Below, one piece after another: positions 1 to 13,639 of a stretch of 64,000 bases of DNA. Source of the DNA: Gracilinanus agilis. Lineage: Eukaryota. Both the position numbers and the translations under genes were made by a program. The stretch covers positions 298,805,093 through 298,869,092 of the forward strand of contig NC_058135.1 in assembly GCF_016433145.1 (NCBI RefSeq), read 5' to 3'. Under the pieces are notes generated by a model that saw only the letters and a program-made list of their open reading frames with translations, had not been told where the DNA came from and ran no database searches. The stretch's first letter is position 1, and every line of letters begins with the position of its first letter.

Positions 1-320
1 GCTCTCTGCCCGGCTCTACCTCTGCCCGGCTCTCTGCCCAGCTCTCTGCCCGGTTCTCTGCCCGGCTCTCTGCCCAGTTCTCTGCCCGGCTCTCTGCCCG
101 GCTCTCTGCCTGGCTCTACCTCTGCCCGGCTCTCTGCCCAGCTCTCTGCCCGGTTCTCTGCCCGGCTCTCTGCCCAGCTCTCTGCCCAGTTCTCTGCCCG
201 GCTCTCTGCCCGGCTCTCTGCCTGGCTCTACCTCTGCCCGGTTCTCTGCCCAGCTCTCTTCCCGGCTCTACCTCTGCCCGGCTCTCTGCCCAGTTCTCTG
301 CCCGGCTCTCTGCCCGGCTC
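1..320. repeat. Minisatellite (12/16-bp units GCTCTCTGCCCG / GCTCTACCTCTGCCCG) in an ODF3 intron; runs off window start
   Basis: Tandem units read directly; 1-60 and 101-160 differ at one base, giving a 100-bp higher-order period (7x12 + 1x16). Confidence 0.95.
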
Positions 321-535
321 CCTGAGCCAGCTGCTGGAGAGAGCTCCGGAAGGCCAGGCAGCTGCAGATCCAGCCTCACACACAGACTACGAGGCGTGTG
401 CCCCAGGCCGGTCCCTTCACTTCATCTCTCAAATGGGGCTATCCCGGGGGTGGGGTGGGGTGGGGTGGGGAGCGGCTCCCCCTCCTCCCCGGCTCTGGCC
501 CCTCTCCCTTGCTCCGGGCTCCCTCGGGTGCTGAC

Positions 536-1670
<1,135 letters not shown>

Positions 1671-2866
1671 TCACCCCGCCTCCAGGGCCGGTGCCAGCCC
1701 GAGGGGAGAACGTGGAGCCAGCGTGGGCGGTCATGCATGTGGGGAAGGGGTCGGACCTCCGGCGTCCCGCCCGGCTTTGGCCCGCGGGCCCCCCACCGGC
1801 TCCGGCGGCCTCCCCAGAAGGCCCGGGCCTGCCGTCCTGGGGCCGCCGTGCACGCTGGGGCCGGGCCTCACCTCTCCGGTCCAGGGGCCGGCTAGCAGTC
1901 AGGCAGCTCGTGGCTCATCCAGGGTGATCGCACCCCGTCCCGTCACTCAGCTCCCCTCTGGCAGCCACAGAACTGGAGGGACATCCAGCCCCTCCGTCTT
2001 GGCCACCCGGGGGCTCCTGAACAATGGGGCACTAGGGAAGCCCCCCGAGTTCTAGAACCGGCCCCTGTGTGATGGCGACAATCGCCTCCTGGGGAGGGTT
2101 CCCTGCGGCCCTTGTCCGGGGGCTCCAGCCCGGGGCTGGCGGAGGGCGCGGGAGGAGAGGGAGCCCGGCCTCCCCTCACGCCGGCCTTCGTTGGCATCTC
2201 AGGCCTCACTCACGTCTGCCCCCGCCCCGTGGCTCGGGCTTTGTTCCTCTCACTCTGCTCCCGGCTCGGGGCCTCTGGAGGCGGGAAGACCCGGGACAGT
2301 GAGCGGCGCCGGAAGCCTCCCGTGCAGGCATAGCTCAGAGCTCAGGCCGAGGGGGGTTCAGGTGCTCTGGGGCCCCCCCGACCTTCCCCCTCAGCCCTGG
2401 GCCTGCCGGGTGCCCCATCTCCGGCCTGGCCGGGCCTCCCAGGAGGCTGCCGCTCCGTGCCCATCGGCCTGGGAGAAGGGGGGGAGGGACGGGACTTCTC
2501 GTGGAGTCCGCGGGGGCCCTGGCCGGAGTTCCAGTTCACATGAGAAGTGGGGTGCCGGTGGCGGGGTCTGTGCGGGGAGTCTGGCCTCCACCCCTGGGCC
2601 CCAGGTCCCGCCTCCCTTGCCGACCCCGACCCCGTGCCCGGTGGGAAGCGGGGGCCTCGCTCGGGCTCCTCTCTTGGGGGAAGACCCCGGGGCCCGCCGC
2701 CTCCCCATTTCCTCGCCGGCCCTGCTCCGAGTTCTCAACGCGTCGCCCGTCGGTGCCCGAGCGCGCCGGGCAGAGGCAGGTCTCGGAGGAGGCTCTCGGC
2801 GGCCCCATCCCCCCTCCGCAGCGAGGCCGGACAGAGGGACGGAGGCCGCCGAGAGCCCGCTGAGAC

Positions 2867-3549
<683 letters not shown>

Positions 3550-3619
3550 GGTGCACAGAGGGCTGGCCGGCCGCGCTGGGGTCCAGAAGTGGGAGTCGCA
3601 GCCAGCTGGCCGCCGAGGC

Positions 3620-3625
3620 TTTATG
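3620..3625 (-). promoter_or_regulatory. TATA-like box (CATAAA) of SCGB1C1
   Basis: ~70 bp upstream of the ATG in otherwise GC-rich sequence. Confidence 0.5.
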
Positions 3626-4224
3626 GGGACGGCGCTGCCCCCTCCCCACCCCCCGGGCCCTGGTGCCACGGGATTATCCTGTGGTTTGGCCAAAGGCGCC
3701 CGGGCCAGGGAGGGGGCAGGGCAAGGAGGACGGCGTGCCAGGTGGCCCCTGGGTGCCAGGAGAGGGAGGCAGGCGGAGCCGTGAGGGCCGGGTGCTGGGG
3801 GGGGCGGCTCCCTCCATCGCAGGCACGCAGTGGTTCTGCTCCTGCCAGGTTACTGGGGGGAGAGATGGCAGCGGTGGCGGCGAGTGGTCCGGTGCCCGAT
3901 CAGAGCAGGCCTGTGGCTGGGGGGGGCTCCCCTCTGGACACCCCCCAGAGCCTCCCCCAGAGGCGGCCCCCGGCCTGGCCATGAGCCTCTTTGGCTCCTG
4001 CTGCGAGGAAGATGGCTGGGAAGCCTTTCAGGAGGAGCCCCTGGATCCCCCCAGGCTGCCCCCTCTACTTTCTCCCCCATCTCCGAGCTGGGCACACCTT
4101 CCGTGTCTCTGGGTGGGATTTTCAGCCAATTTCACAGAGTGGGGGTGCTGAATAAATGCTCACTGCAGAAGTTCCCAAAGGACCCCCCCAGCCAGAAGCC
4201 CTGCTCAGGGACAGCTGCCAGTGC

Positions 4225-4400
4225 AGCGGAGAGAACGTTAGGCCTGGTGGCGGGGAGATGCGAGTTCAAATCCAGCTTCAGATGCCCAACCATCCGTGTA
4301 ACCCTGGACAAACGACTTCTCTGCTGTCTGCCTCAGTGGCTTCCACGGTGAAATGGGATCAAGGAGAGCCTTTGGCTCGTCCAAATAACCGAGAGCTCAG
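4225..4400 (+). mobile_element. Degenerate CORE-SINE (MIR/MAR1-type)
   Basis: tRNA B-box-like GAGTTCAAATCC followed by core-like CTGCCTCAG...GTGAAATGGG. Confidence 0.55.
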
Positions 4401-4849
4401 GTGAGCTCCGTGTTGAGCAGCTTTTATTTTGCAGGAGGGATGGCCGGCGCTGACAGAGTGGCCTTGGTCCTGTCAAGGCCCTTGAGGGCCTCGGGGGGGG
4501 GGGTCACTTGTTTGGGGCCCTCCTGATGGGATGTGACGCTGCGGCAAGTACCCCGGGGTGATAGCTGGGACTCAGCTTTGCTCTTTTCTGCAGACGGATG
4601 GAGGGTGGGAGCGAGGGGACTGAGCCGTGCTTGAGCCCGGGCCTGCGTGACTGGGAACGGAACCCCCCCCCCCAGCTAAGGCTGATGGGACGCTGTTTCC
4701 CATCCCTGGGAATCCGGGCAGTGGCTGGCTCATCCGGGAGGTGGCCCTGGCGGGTGTCTCTGCTCCACAGGCTCTCGAGAGGACCAGGGAGCCGGGACGG
4801 CCCAGCTCCGGCTGTACGGCGCAGGCGCTCAATAAAGGCGAGAGGCTCT

Positions 4850-5310
4850 TGCTTGATTTATTGGGGGGGGGGGGGAGGGGAACAACACCTGGTTTTCCCA
4901 AGCCGCGTCACAACCGTTTCCCACATTCGCCTTCGGAAGGTAGAAGATCTGAATCGCTTCCCTCCCCCTTCCCTGAGCTGGCAGGCAACCCGATCTGGGT
5001 TATGCAAGGATTAGCTGTTCCCTGTTGGGGGGAAGAACAGTCAGAGAACAGCAAACCCGAGTGACCTCCGGTGAGCTCGAAGTAGCCACGTGTGTCACTC
5101 TCGACAGTCCCGTGGCGGCGGTGGCCGTGTCCGGCGCTCTCACTCCGCAGCGGTCCACGTAGGCCTTCCCAGCTCTTCCCAAGATGGTGCTCTGCGTCGT
5201 TCCTTACAGCCAATCGCACCCCATCCCCGCCATGGACCACAGTCTGGCCGTTCCCCCGCGGAGGGGCGTCCCCTTCATTTCTTTGCCATCCCGGAAAGAG
5301 CTCCAGAACC
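4850..5310 (-). mobile_element. Possible LTR remnant
   Basis: CCAAT box, CCATCTT motif and minus-strand AATAAA (4857-4862); termini not defined. Confidence 0.3.
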
Positions 5311-5800
5311 GTTTTGTACGAGCGGGCCCTCCCCCGCCTTCTTCGGACGCTTTGGGATCCAGACCCAGGAGTGGGATGACCGGCTCAGCATGTGCCACTG
5401 CCCTCTGGGCCTGGTCCCCGATTGCCCTCCAGGATGACTGGCTCATTTGCCAGCCCCACCAGCCTTGCACTAGTGTCCTGACTGCGCCACATCCCCGCCA
5501 ACACCAACCGCTTTCCTTTCTCGTCCTATTGGCCAATCTGCCAGCTGTGGAGGGGAGCATTTCATCTGGAAACAGCGCTTGAGCCTTGGGTGGGGCCTTG
5601 CCCATGGCCAAGGCCGACACCCTCATGCACAGACCATTGAAGTGGGATGGGCTCCTTCCCTCTTTCCCTTCCTTTTCTTCTCCTGCTCTTTCGGCTGGGG
5701 TGTCGGAGCTCTTCCTTGGGCATGTGGATGTCTTGGTGTTCCCCTGGAGGAAGCCTCGGCTGGTTCCTGGACTGACCACGCGGAGCAAATTCTCTCTCTC

Positions 5801-5982
5801 TTTTTTTTAACCCTTAACTTCGGTGTATTGTCTCATAGGTGGAAGGTTGGTAAGGGTGGGCCATGGGGGTCAAGTGACTTGCCCAGGGGCACACAGCTGG
5901 GAAGTGTCTGAGGCCAGATTTGAACCTAGGACCTCCTGTCTCTAGGCCTGACTCTCCATCCACTGAGCTACCCAGCTGCCCC
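5801..5982 (-). mobile_element. Young SINE1_Mdo-type SINE
   Basis: Full-length body starting GGGGCAGCTGGGTAGCTCAGTGG on minus, A-tail, 12-bp TSD AGCAAATTCTCT (5784-5795 / 5983-5994). Confidence 0.9.
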
Positions 5983-6199
5983 AGCAAATTCTCTTTTGAT
6001 TCCTCCCGGTAGTGGCCGGAAGGGCCCGCCGTATGGAGAGCTTCCCCTGCGTCTGGAGGAGAGACTGGTTAGGGGCCCTTCCAGGCTCATAGGAAGAATG
6101 GAAAGGGAAAGCTCTGCCCTCCTGTGAGGGTCTCAGGAGAGAGAAGCAAAGGCGGGGTGGGGGTGGGGGTGGGGGCACTACTGACACCAAAGGAGCCCA

Positions 6200-6750
6200 G
6201 TTCCTCCTCACTGGAGGAGGAGGAGGATCAGGGAAACAGCTTGCTGCCCTCACTTGCCAATCAGTGGCTTTGACGAGGTGCGCACCTTGTTCACTCTCTT
6301 CTCTGCAAAGAGGGGAAATCCCGAGAGTGCCGACCCTGAGCAGCAATCCAGTGGCGCGGAGCCCAGGCTAACATGGTGCTTGGAGCAAACACACTTACAG
6401 CGTCCAGATTGCCCTGCTGTCCATCCGGCTGCATTCTGGAAGAACTCGGGAAAGGAGGGGGGCCGTTCGGACCTCGGATGAGGCGCCCCATGACACAGTC
6501 AGGGAGGGACACCAGAGACCATGGCAGGAGTGCCGAAGCAGGGAGGGGAAAAGCCAAAGAACCCGAGCTGAACAGCCAATGACCGGGAAGGCTTTATCAA
6601 AGCTCCAGGGGAGGGCTCCGACGATTCCCGAACGAGGCGCCAAATGAGTGTCTCCAAGAGGCCTGGCCAGAAGCGAGGGCAGAAAGTCGGAAACCCTAAA
6701 CACATCTTTTTACTTGGCGCAATTCAATCAAATCCTTTAAACTTCAATGG
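6200..6750 (-). mobile_element. ERV 5' remnant: U5 end, PBS (6642-6625) and leader
   Basis: Minus strand reads ...ACTCA-TT-TGGCGCCTCGTTCGGGAA, the CA-TT-TGG geometry of gammaretroviral U5/PBS junctions; GTAAGT donor in the leader. Confidence 0.5.
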
Positions 6751-6914
6751 AGATCAATGCCAGCCTAAAGACCTGGTGAGCCAGAGGACAAAATCCAGAC
6801 TGGAGGCAAACAACATGGCATGAAGCAGGCCTTGAGGGGGCTGTTGTTGTTGAGTTGGGAACGACTCTTTGGGGCCCCACTGGGGGCTGTCTCGGTACAG
6901 GTTTCCTTCTTTGG

Positions 6915-7035
6915 TTCATTTCATAGACGAGGAAATTGAGGCAAACGGGGGGGGGGGAGGTGACTTGTTGAACCCCGAAGAGTTTTCCTGACTCCAAGCC
7001 CCAGCGCTCTATCTAGTGCGCCCCCTAGCGGCCCA
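6915..7035 (-). mobile_element. MAR1/MIR-type SINE fragment with CTCF consensus at its 5' end
   Basis: Minus strand TGGGCCGCTAGGGGGCGCACTAGATAGAGCGCTGGGGCTTGGAGTCAGGAAAACTC..., then core GCCTCAATTTCCTCGTCTATGAAA. Confidence 0.7.
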
Positions 7036-7412
7036 GGGGCTCCCTCCACATTTATGAACAAAAGAGTGAAAGGAGGGATTGATGGAACTAAGAAAAGGAA
7101 GAGCCAAACCCTCCACTTTGCCCCCAGGCTGGAAAGTCTAGAAATGAAAAGAGAAGCAGACCGGACACCGTTGGCCAATCTGCTGGAGAGATGCCACTGC
7201 CAGAGATGGATAAGAAATGAGAAGACCGAAAGGAAACGAGGAGCCACTAATGGCCCTGCCAACTGCAGACCTGGCACTCCATTCACTGTGCTGCCCGGCT
7301 AACGGGAAACTCCTTTTCAAACCTTCCCCTCTTCCTACAGTTTCTATTACTAGAGAGGGTTCCCCTATCCTCCTAGTTCCTCAGGTTCCATATAAGAGTC
7401 GTTTTGGACTCG

Positions 7413-7590
7413 GGGCAGCTGGGTGGCAGCTTGGTGGATTGAGAGTCCGGCCTTGAGACACGTAGTCCTGGGTTCAAATGTGCGCTTAGATGCTTCCTAG
7501 CCAGGTGACCCTGGGCAAGTCACTTCACTCCCTTTGCCTGGGAGCCAACACACAGTATGGATTCTAAGACAAAAGGGAAAGATTCCAAAA
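7413..7590 (+). mobile_element. SINE (SINE1_Mdo-related)
   Basis: GGGCAGCTGGGTGGCAGC...GGTTCAAAT...GTGACCCTGGGCAAGTCACTT. Confidence 0.75.
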
Positions 7591-8808
7591 ACGTCATTTT
7601 GTTCTCGCTGTCAAGATGCCGCTAAAGCCTTTTACGGGCTGGAGATTTCCTCGGTGCTGCCTCTGCCCCCGTTCAGATCCTCCTCACCCCACAGCTGGCC
7701 CATTGCCGCAGCCTCTGCCTGCCTCAGTCTCTTCCCTCTCCAAAACGATTCTGCTGAAGTGCAGGTCTGAGCATGGCGGCCCTCCTCGCCATCCCTAATG
7801 GCTCCCTCTAGGCTCTCGGACCAACTAGGAAATGCCGCTTGGCATTCCAAGCCCCCCCCCCCTTTCCGGGCTTCTCATGCCTCACTGCCCAAGTAGTACC
7901 GTCTGAGCCAGGGACGTGGCCTCCGGGCACCCCAGGGCTGGGCTCTGGCTATTTCTCTGGCCGTCTCTCCTCCATCTCTGGAAAGCTGTTGTGCCTGGCG
8001 CCTCCTCCTCCAGGAAGCCCTGCTTTCTGCTCTTAGTTATCAATGATTATTTGCCCTGCTGAGAGCTTGCTTGGTGTCTGGCTGTTGTTTATATCCCCAG
8101 AGCCTGGCACGCAGTAGGGGCTTAACAGATGTTGATTCACTGATTGCTTGCTATATGTGCCAAAGGGTTACTTGGAAGAGCTGGAAAAAGGGAAGTCAGT
8201 CAAGCAAGTGGCTCCTTTTTGTTGCCCAGCGTGGGGGCTCCCGGGGACTGGGTGGGGGGAGGTTCTTGGCAAAGAGACTGCAGTGCTTTGCTGTTGCCTT
8301 TTCCAGCTCATCTGACAGATGAGGAAATGGAGGCAAAAAGAGTGCAGTGACTTGCCCAGGGTCACCGGGCTAGCAAGCGTCTGAGGTCAGATTTGGCTGC
8401 CTGCCCCCCTGCAGTACTGTGCTGGTGGGCTGTGACAGCAACCAGGAATCCTGGGAGTGAGGGGCAGCCAGGCCAAGGCACCCCTGGGGGGGAGGGCCCG
8501 GTTTCCTTCTGGCTACTCGGCCCACAAGCGACCCTGGCGGTGGCTCCCTTGGAGGAGACGGGAGGGGGGGAGCCAATGGACGGACAGCGGGACGGAGGAG
8601 AGCCGTGCTCCAGGGTCTGAAGGGCCGTCCTGGCCAAGGGGGCTTCCCTTTGTGCTCCTTGGCCACCCCGCCCCTCCCCGCGAGGCCGATTCCCAAAGGG
8701 TCCCGGGGAGGCCCCGCCTGCTTGTCGGCCTGCCTCTCCTCCAGGGTGGACAGTCCCTGGTTGGCGGGGTGGGCGGCGAGAAGACCCAATCGGCCTGCCT
8801 TTGGCCTT

Positions 8809-8881
8809 GTGCTCTGCTGCCCTCTGGTGGCCAGACCCCGCCCAGCAGGCTCGTCGGTGCTCTGCTGCCCTCTGGTGGCCA
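8809..8881 (-). promoter_or_regulatory. Two tandem CTCF motifs in a CpG-island-like segment
   Basis: 25-bp perfect direct repeat GTGCTCTGCTGCCCTCTGGTGGCCA at 8809-8833 and 8857-8881; reverse complement contains GGCCACCAGAGGGCAGC. Confidence 0.65.
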
Positions 8882-8974
8882 CTCCAACTCCGGAGATGCA
8901 AGTTAGCCAGCACAGGAGGCCAATGAAAGACAAAGGCCCGCCCCGCCCCCAGGCTCCCTGCTGAAGGAACAGCT

Positions 8975-9010
8975 CCAGGCCCAGGCCCAGGCCCAGGCCC
9001 AGGCCCAGGC
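8975..9010. repeat. (CCAGGC)6 hexamer repeat
   Basis: Read directly. Confidence 0.9.
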
Positions 9011-9839
9011 CAGAAGCGGGGGGCCCAAAGGCTGCCTCTCTCCTCACACGCCCTGCATGGAGCGGGGAGAGCTGAGGAAGCTCCAACCTTCTCAGGGCTC
9101 CAAGCGAGAGGCCCTCCCGGGGCCCCCCGCAGGACTCGGGTTGGCGCCTCCCCCTCGGAGGTCCTTTGGGTGCTCCTGGCTCCCGGCTTCCAGAGAGAAG
9201 ATGGAGGAGGCCGACCCCCCTTGATGTTGCTGCCGGGCAGACACAGGACAAGCCGGCAACCTCCATGGCTTCCCCCGGAGCCTTCGAGGGGCTTCCCTGG
9301 GGGGAGGGAGAGCCAAGACTGGCTCTCGCCTGCGCAGCCTCCTCTGACCTCCACTCTGCTGCCACTTAGATCACGGGATCTCGTCTCCGCCGTTGGCTCT
9401 GTGGGCCCGGGCAAGCCTCGCATCCAGAGCTTGGGGGCCTCTTTCCCCCCACAGTAGATGGTGCCGATCACGTCCCCCATGGATGGATGGAGGAAAGCTG
9501 CTTCTGGCGGTTCTCCCTCCCTCTGGGAAGAGCGCAGGAGCTTTCCCTTGTGGGAGGAGTTCGAGCGTCTCCCTTGGGGCGCACCCGGCAGGCCTTCCTC
9601 CCCGAGGGAGCTCCCTGCCTGCTGGCTCCCAGACTTGCCAGGTCTGGTTCTAGGTGTGGGGCACGGCCAGAGAAGATGCCCAGAGAGGCTCCGGCGGGGG
9701 GCTGACGAAGGGCCTTAAAGCCTCCATTTGGGCGGGAGCCGGGGCCGGGCACCTCCGCCTTTCTCTCCTGGCCTCATCAGACTGGCAGCTCCTTAAGGGC
9801 TGTGCCTGGCCCATCTGGCTCATCCTGGATTCAGCTCGG

Positions 9840-10020
9840 AAGCGCAGTGGATAGCGCCCCAGGCCTGGAGACAGGAGGCCCTGCGGTCAAAGTGGCCTCA
9901 GATGCTTCCTAGCTGTGGGACCCTGGCCGAGTCACTTACCCCCCTGGCCGGCCCCTATTGATCTTCTGCCTTTCCAGCGGATCCTTAGTGTGGCTTCCAA
10001 GGCAGAAGGTCAGTTTTCAA
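9840..10020 (+). mobile_element. Degenerate SINE
   Basis: GCAGTGGATAG...CTGGAGACAGGAGG...CCTCAGATGCTTCCTAGCTGTG...GAGTCACTTA. Confidence 0.6.
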
Positions 10021-10961
10021 ACCAGCATTCAGCAGGCAGGGGCAGTGGGGGGGGGGAGGGGCAGCATATTTGACAGATGGTGGAGGGTGAAATCCACAGG
10101 CTTCGGCACCATCTTGGTTCTGGAGGGCGAGAGACCGCCAAGGGAGCGGCGGGGTGGCGGGCGGGGCTGCGAACAGCAACCAGGAAGGGCTGTGGCTGTG
10201 GGCCTGCTTGGCCAGACTAAGGGCAAGCTTTGGCCACGTGCCGAGGGAGGCCCCGAAGGACGGGCTAGCCCAGGAGAGCAGCGATTTGAAGGGGGCGGGC
10301 ACGGCGGGGAAGGCTGCAGAGGGAGCCAGCAGAGGCCAGGAGATGTGGCGAGTGCAGAGAGGCGGCACTGAGAGGAGAGGCAGAAGGCGGGCAGGGCCAG
10401 AGCCACTGGCCAAGACGTGGCAAGAGTTAAGCCAGCCTACAGCTGCTGCTGGCCTAAGTCCCGCCCAGGGAGAGAGAGTGTCAGTTGGCCTGGGGGGGGC
10501 AGGGATTCCGGGAAGCCTCTTGGGGAAGCCGGGGCACAGCCAGCCGGGGCACAGCCAGCCGGGGCAGGGGGCTTTCAAGCGAATCCACGGAGTTTTCCTG
10601 AGACTTTTGGGAAGACCACAGCAGCCACGTGTTCTGCCGTTACTCCTTTGCCCGGAGGAGAGCCCGAGCAGCCATTTGGGGGCTACCAACCTTGCTCTGG
10701 TCCTCCATGTCCGCACTTGGGCACAGACACACTCTCTGAAGGAATGCCTGGGTCTAGGGCGCCGCCTCACCCCCTTCGCCTGCTAGCCTTTGCCCTCGTG
10801 GCCTGTGAGGGGAAGGCGGGCCGCCCTCCGCTTTGAGCCGCCGTCTGCCTCAGGGGAGCGCGGAGGCTCCTTTGCGCGGCAGCATCACCCTCGAACTTCT
10901 CATCCCTAACTTGCCACAGAGGGGGGCCTCCCCTCGGGCAGCAACCCCAGGCGTCTCCCCA

Positions 10962-11607
10962 GTAAGGAGGGCTGCTGTTTTACTGGGCGAATAGTAAAAG
11001 GTTTGGTCGCCAGAGAACGGAACAATGATCAATCCCCAAAATGATTTTAGTGGTTTATTTACAAAATGTAGGAGAGAGAGATGAGAAGAGGGTAGAGGAA
11101 GAGATTGTAGTCAAGTCTGGGCTTTGCTCAGGCAGGGCTCCAGAGGCCCAGCCAGAGCCTAAAAATCAATTAACAAGGGGTTTAGCCACAAGGGCTTCTC
11201 CCAGTCAAGGGAGCCTCCCGGAGGCTAGTACCTCCTGGGAGGTTAAAGGAGTCAGCCTTCTGCACTCAGCACGTGTAGTTCCGAGAGATTTAAGAGCAGT
11301 CTCAGGGTCCCAGGTCCAGAGCGCCTCCACATTCAGGCAAGAACCAGAAGAGAACTCTCAGCTCACTCAACTTTCTCTTTTAAAAGGAGCCTCTTTTGCA
11401 ACACTTCTTGTGCCTTCCTCTTAGTTTACGTGTCCAATCACAACAGATGCTCTTTTTAGGACTGCCCAGGAGGCACGCAGTCAATTCTGATTCGACACTC
11501 ACTCTAACACATGTGGGTTACAGACCTCCCCACTTGTGAGTTAAGTGGAGATGTTTGCACCTTTGGTGATTAAAGATGGGCAGGGTAGATTTAATCTCAT
11601 TATCACA
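10962..11607 (-). mobile_element. Solo LTR (same family as 14374-15133)
   Basis: Minus strand starts TGTGATAATGAGATTAAATCTACCCTGCCCATC; has a TATA-like TTTTAAAAG and AATAAA; homologous to 14374-15133. Confidence 0.8.
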
Positions 11608-12479
11608 TAGCTCTGGCCCACAACCATTCAATGGGGGGGGGGTGTTACCAGAACACACTCCAACCATCGCTCCCCCTTCTTACAGGGGCTAGCAGAGATT
11701 GTAAGGCAGTAGGAAGAAACTGAGTAGCAGGGAGGGCGAGGGGACAAATCAAGGGCTGAATTGTTGGAGGGGATGACACGGAGCCAGATGGCCAGGCAGA
11801 AGAGGCAGCCTTGGTAAGGAGCAAGGCCACCTCATCATGTCAGCCAGGGCTGCAGGAAAAGAGAGGGGCAGAAGGCCCTTGGGGGTGGGAGAAGAGGGAG
11901 CATGGCGAGAATAGCTTCCATTTTTTTCTGTAAAATCTGAAGCAGGGCGAGGGTGCTGGGGAGAGCCAAGGGGCAGCAGAGGAGAGATGAGAAGGTGTCC
12001 AAGAGCTGGGGCAGGTGGGAGAGGAAGATGACAAGGAAGAGCAGGATTGCCTGGCAGCAGTTGGGCCAGTGGAATGTGTGGACCAGAACAGTTAGGATGG
12101 CTTCCTGAATTCTCCATCTTTCTTCAGCAACACCTATGTGATGGAGCCAAAGTAAGGATGGCGAGAGCTCCTTAAGGCTGAGGCTTGGCTGGGCCCAGTC
12201 GGGGATGACAAGAGGTGAGGGGCTGAGGAGAAGGAGTCAGTGCTCAGCTGAATCACTTCCCCAAGGGGCTGAGATGGAACAAAGAAGAAAGTGGCTCAAG
12301 CAGGGGCCATCCACCGCCTGGCACAGAACTGAAGGATCAAGGACTGGAGATCCTGGTGAGGACCAGGAACAGGGCTCCCGACTTAGGAAAGCAGAGGATG
12401 GTCGGCTAAGGGGACTTCAGAGCTCTTGAACGTGGAGTTGATGCCCTCGGGAGTGACAGCATGGTCAAAGGAATGCCCG

Positions 12480-13100
12480 TCTCCACGCGGCCGAGGAGGA
12501 GTGGATGGGCAGGTCACGGGAACCGAGTGGGTGGAGTATCTGGAGGAGTAGCGACATGAATGTCCTTGTCTCCTGGGGTGAGGGCATGAGTGTGGGAGAA
12601 GAGAAGAATCATGTGCCAGGAAGGGAGGGCAGCCCCCCCCCCCGGGGGGCTGGAGACAACAGCTACAGGGATTGTGATTGGTTAGGAGATATGCAGAGAA
12701 TGAACTGTCAATCGAGGGAGGTTCCTGAGCCATGGAGGCAAGGAAAGAACCTGTGAGTGGTGATGGGGAGTGAGACTTATTCCAACTTCCCTCACATCGA
12801 CCCGTGAGCCTAGAGGCAAACGTGGGGACCCTAACGCGGCAACAGGCCAGCACACGACAGGGTTGCCAACATCCAACCCCCTGATGCTCTAAGATCTTAG
12901 GGCTCCCCCTTGTTCTCCCCACGGGGGCCTCCATAGTCAACTCTCTTGGCTTTGGGCTCCCCCTTGCTGACTCTTTCTTCCATTCCCTCACCCAATGGGA
13001 CTCCCTCTTCTTCTTCCCTCCATTAAAGCTTTGCTCTATTGTCGTACTCTGATCTCATTGTCTCTTGCGCCAAACCTCTGCCCCACTCAGTTGGACTGAG
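12480..13100 (+). mobile_element. Probable solo LTR
   Basis: LTR-like composition with ATTAAA at 13022-13027 followed by U5-like tract; ends approximate. Confidence 0.45.
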
Positions 13101-13179
13101 TGAAGGTGCAGCCAGTCCTGGAAAGGCTGTGTCATGGGAGGTGTTGGTGCTCCTTGAATGGCCACCAGATAGCCAAGGA

Positions 13180-13370
13180 TGTGACTCGGTGGCTCAGTGG
13201 ATAGAGTGCTGGGTCTGGAGGCAGGAAGTCCTGAGTTCAAATTCAGCCTCAGACACTTCCTAGATGGATCCACCAGAGAAGGAAATGCCCAACTCTTCCG
13301 GGATCCTTGCCGAGGAAACCCCTTGGATAGTTCCGGTCCATGGAGTCCCGCAGAGACACGACTGGACAAA
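13180..13370 (+). mobile_element. MAR1-type SINE (tRNA head plus RTE-derived tail)
   Basis: GGTGGCTCAGTGGATAGAGTGC...GAGTTCAAATT head; tail GAAGGAAATGCCCAACTCTTCC...GGTCCATGGAGTC...ACACGACTG resembles the RTE 3' end. Confidence 0.75.
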
Positions 13371-13639
13371 ACCAGCCCTAGTCCAATCCCCCTTCCCTGA
13401 AGAGCAGGAAGAGTGGCTGCATGGGACTCCGGGTTCCCCTAGCACAGCCCAAATTCTAGCAGTGCTTCAGGCCAAACTGGGAGCAGGACAGCTCCTTTGC
13501 TTCCTTGCATTCCTCGTGAATGCTGAGGAGAAGCAGAGACCCCTGAGAGAAATATGCCCCTCGGCTTGGAGATGGACACACAGAGGCCCCTCCAGGCTAG
13601 GCTTCGATACCACCTGGTTGTGTCCAAGATGCCCACTCG

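Noticed and set aside
116-379. 87-aa ORF with GQRA repeats
   Set aside because: Translation of the minisatellite.
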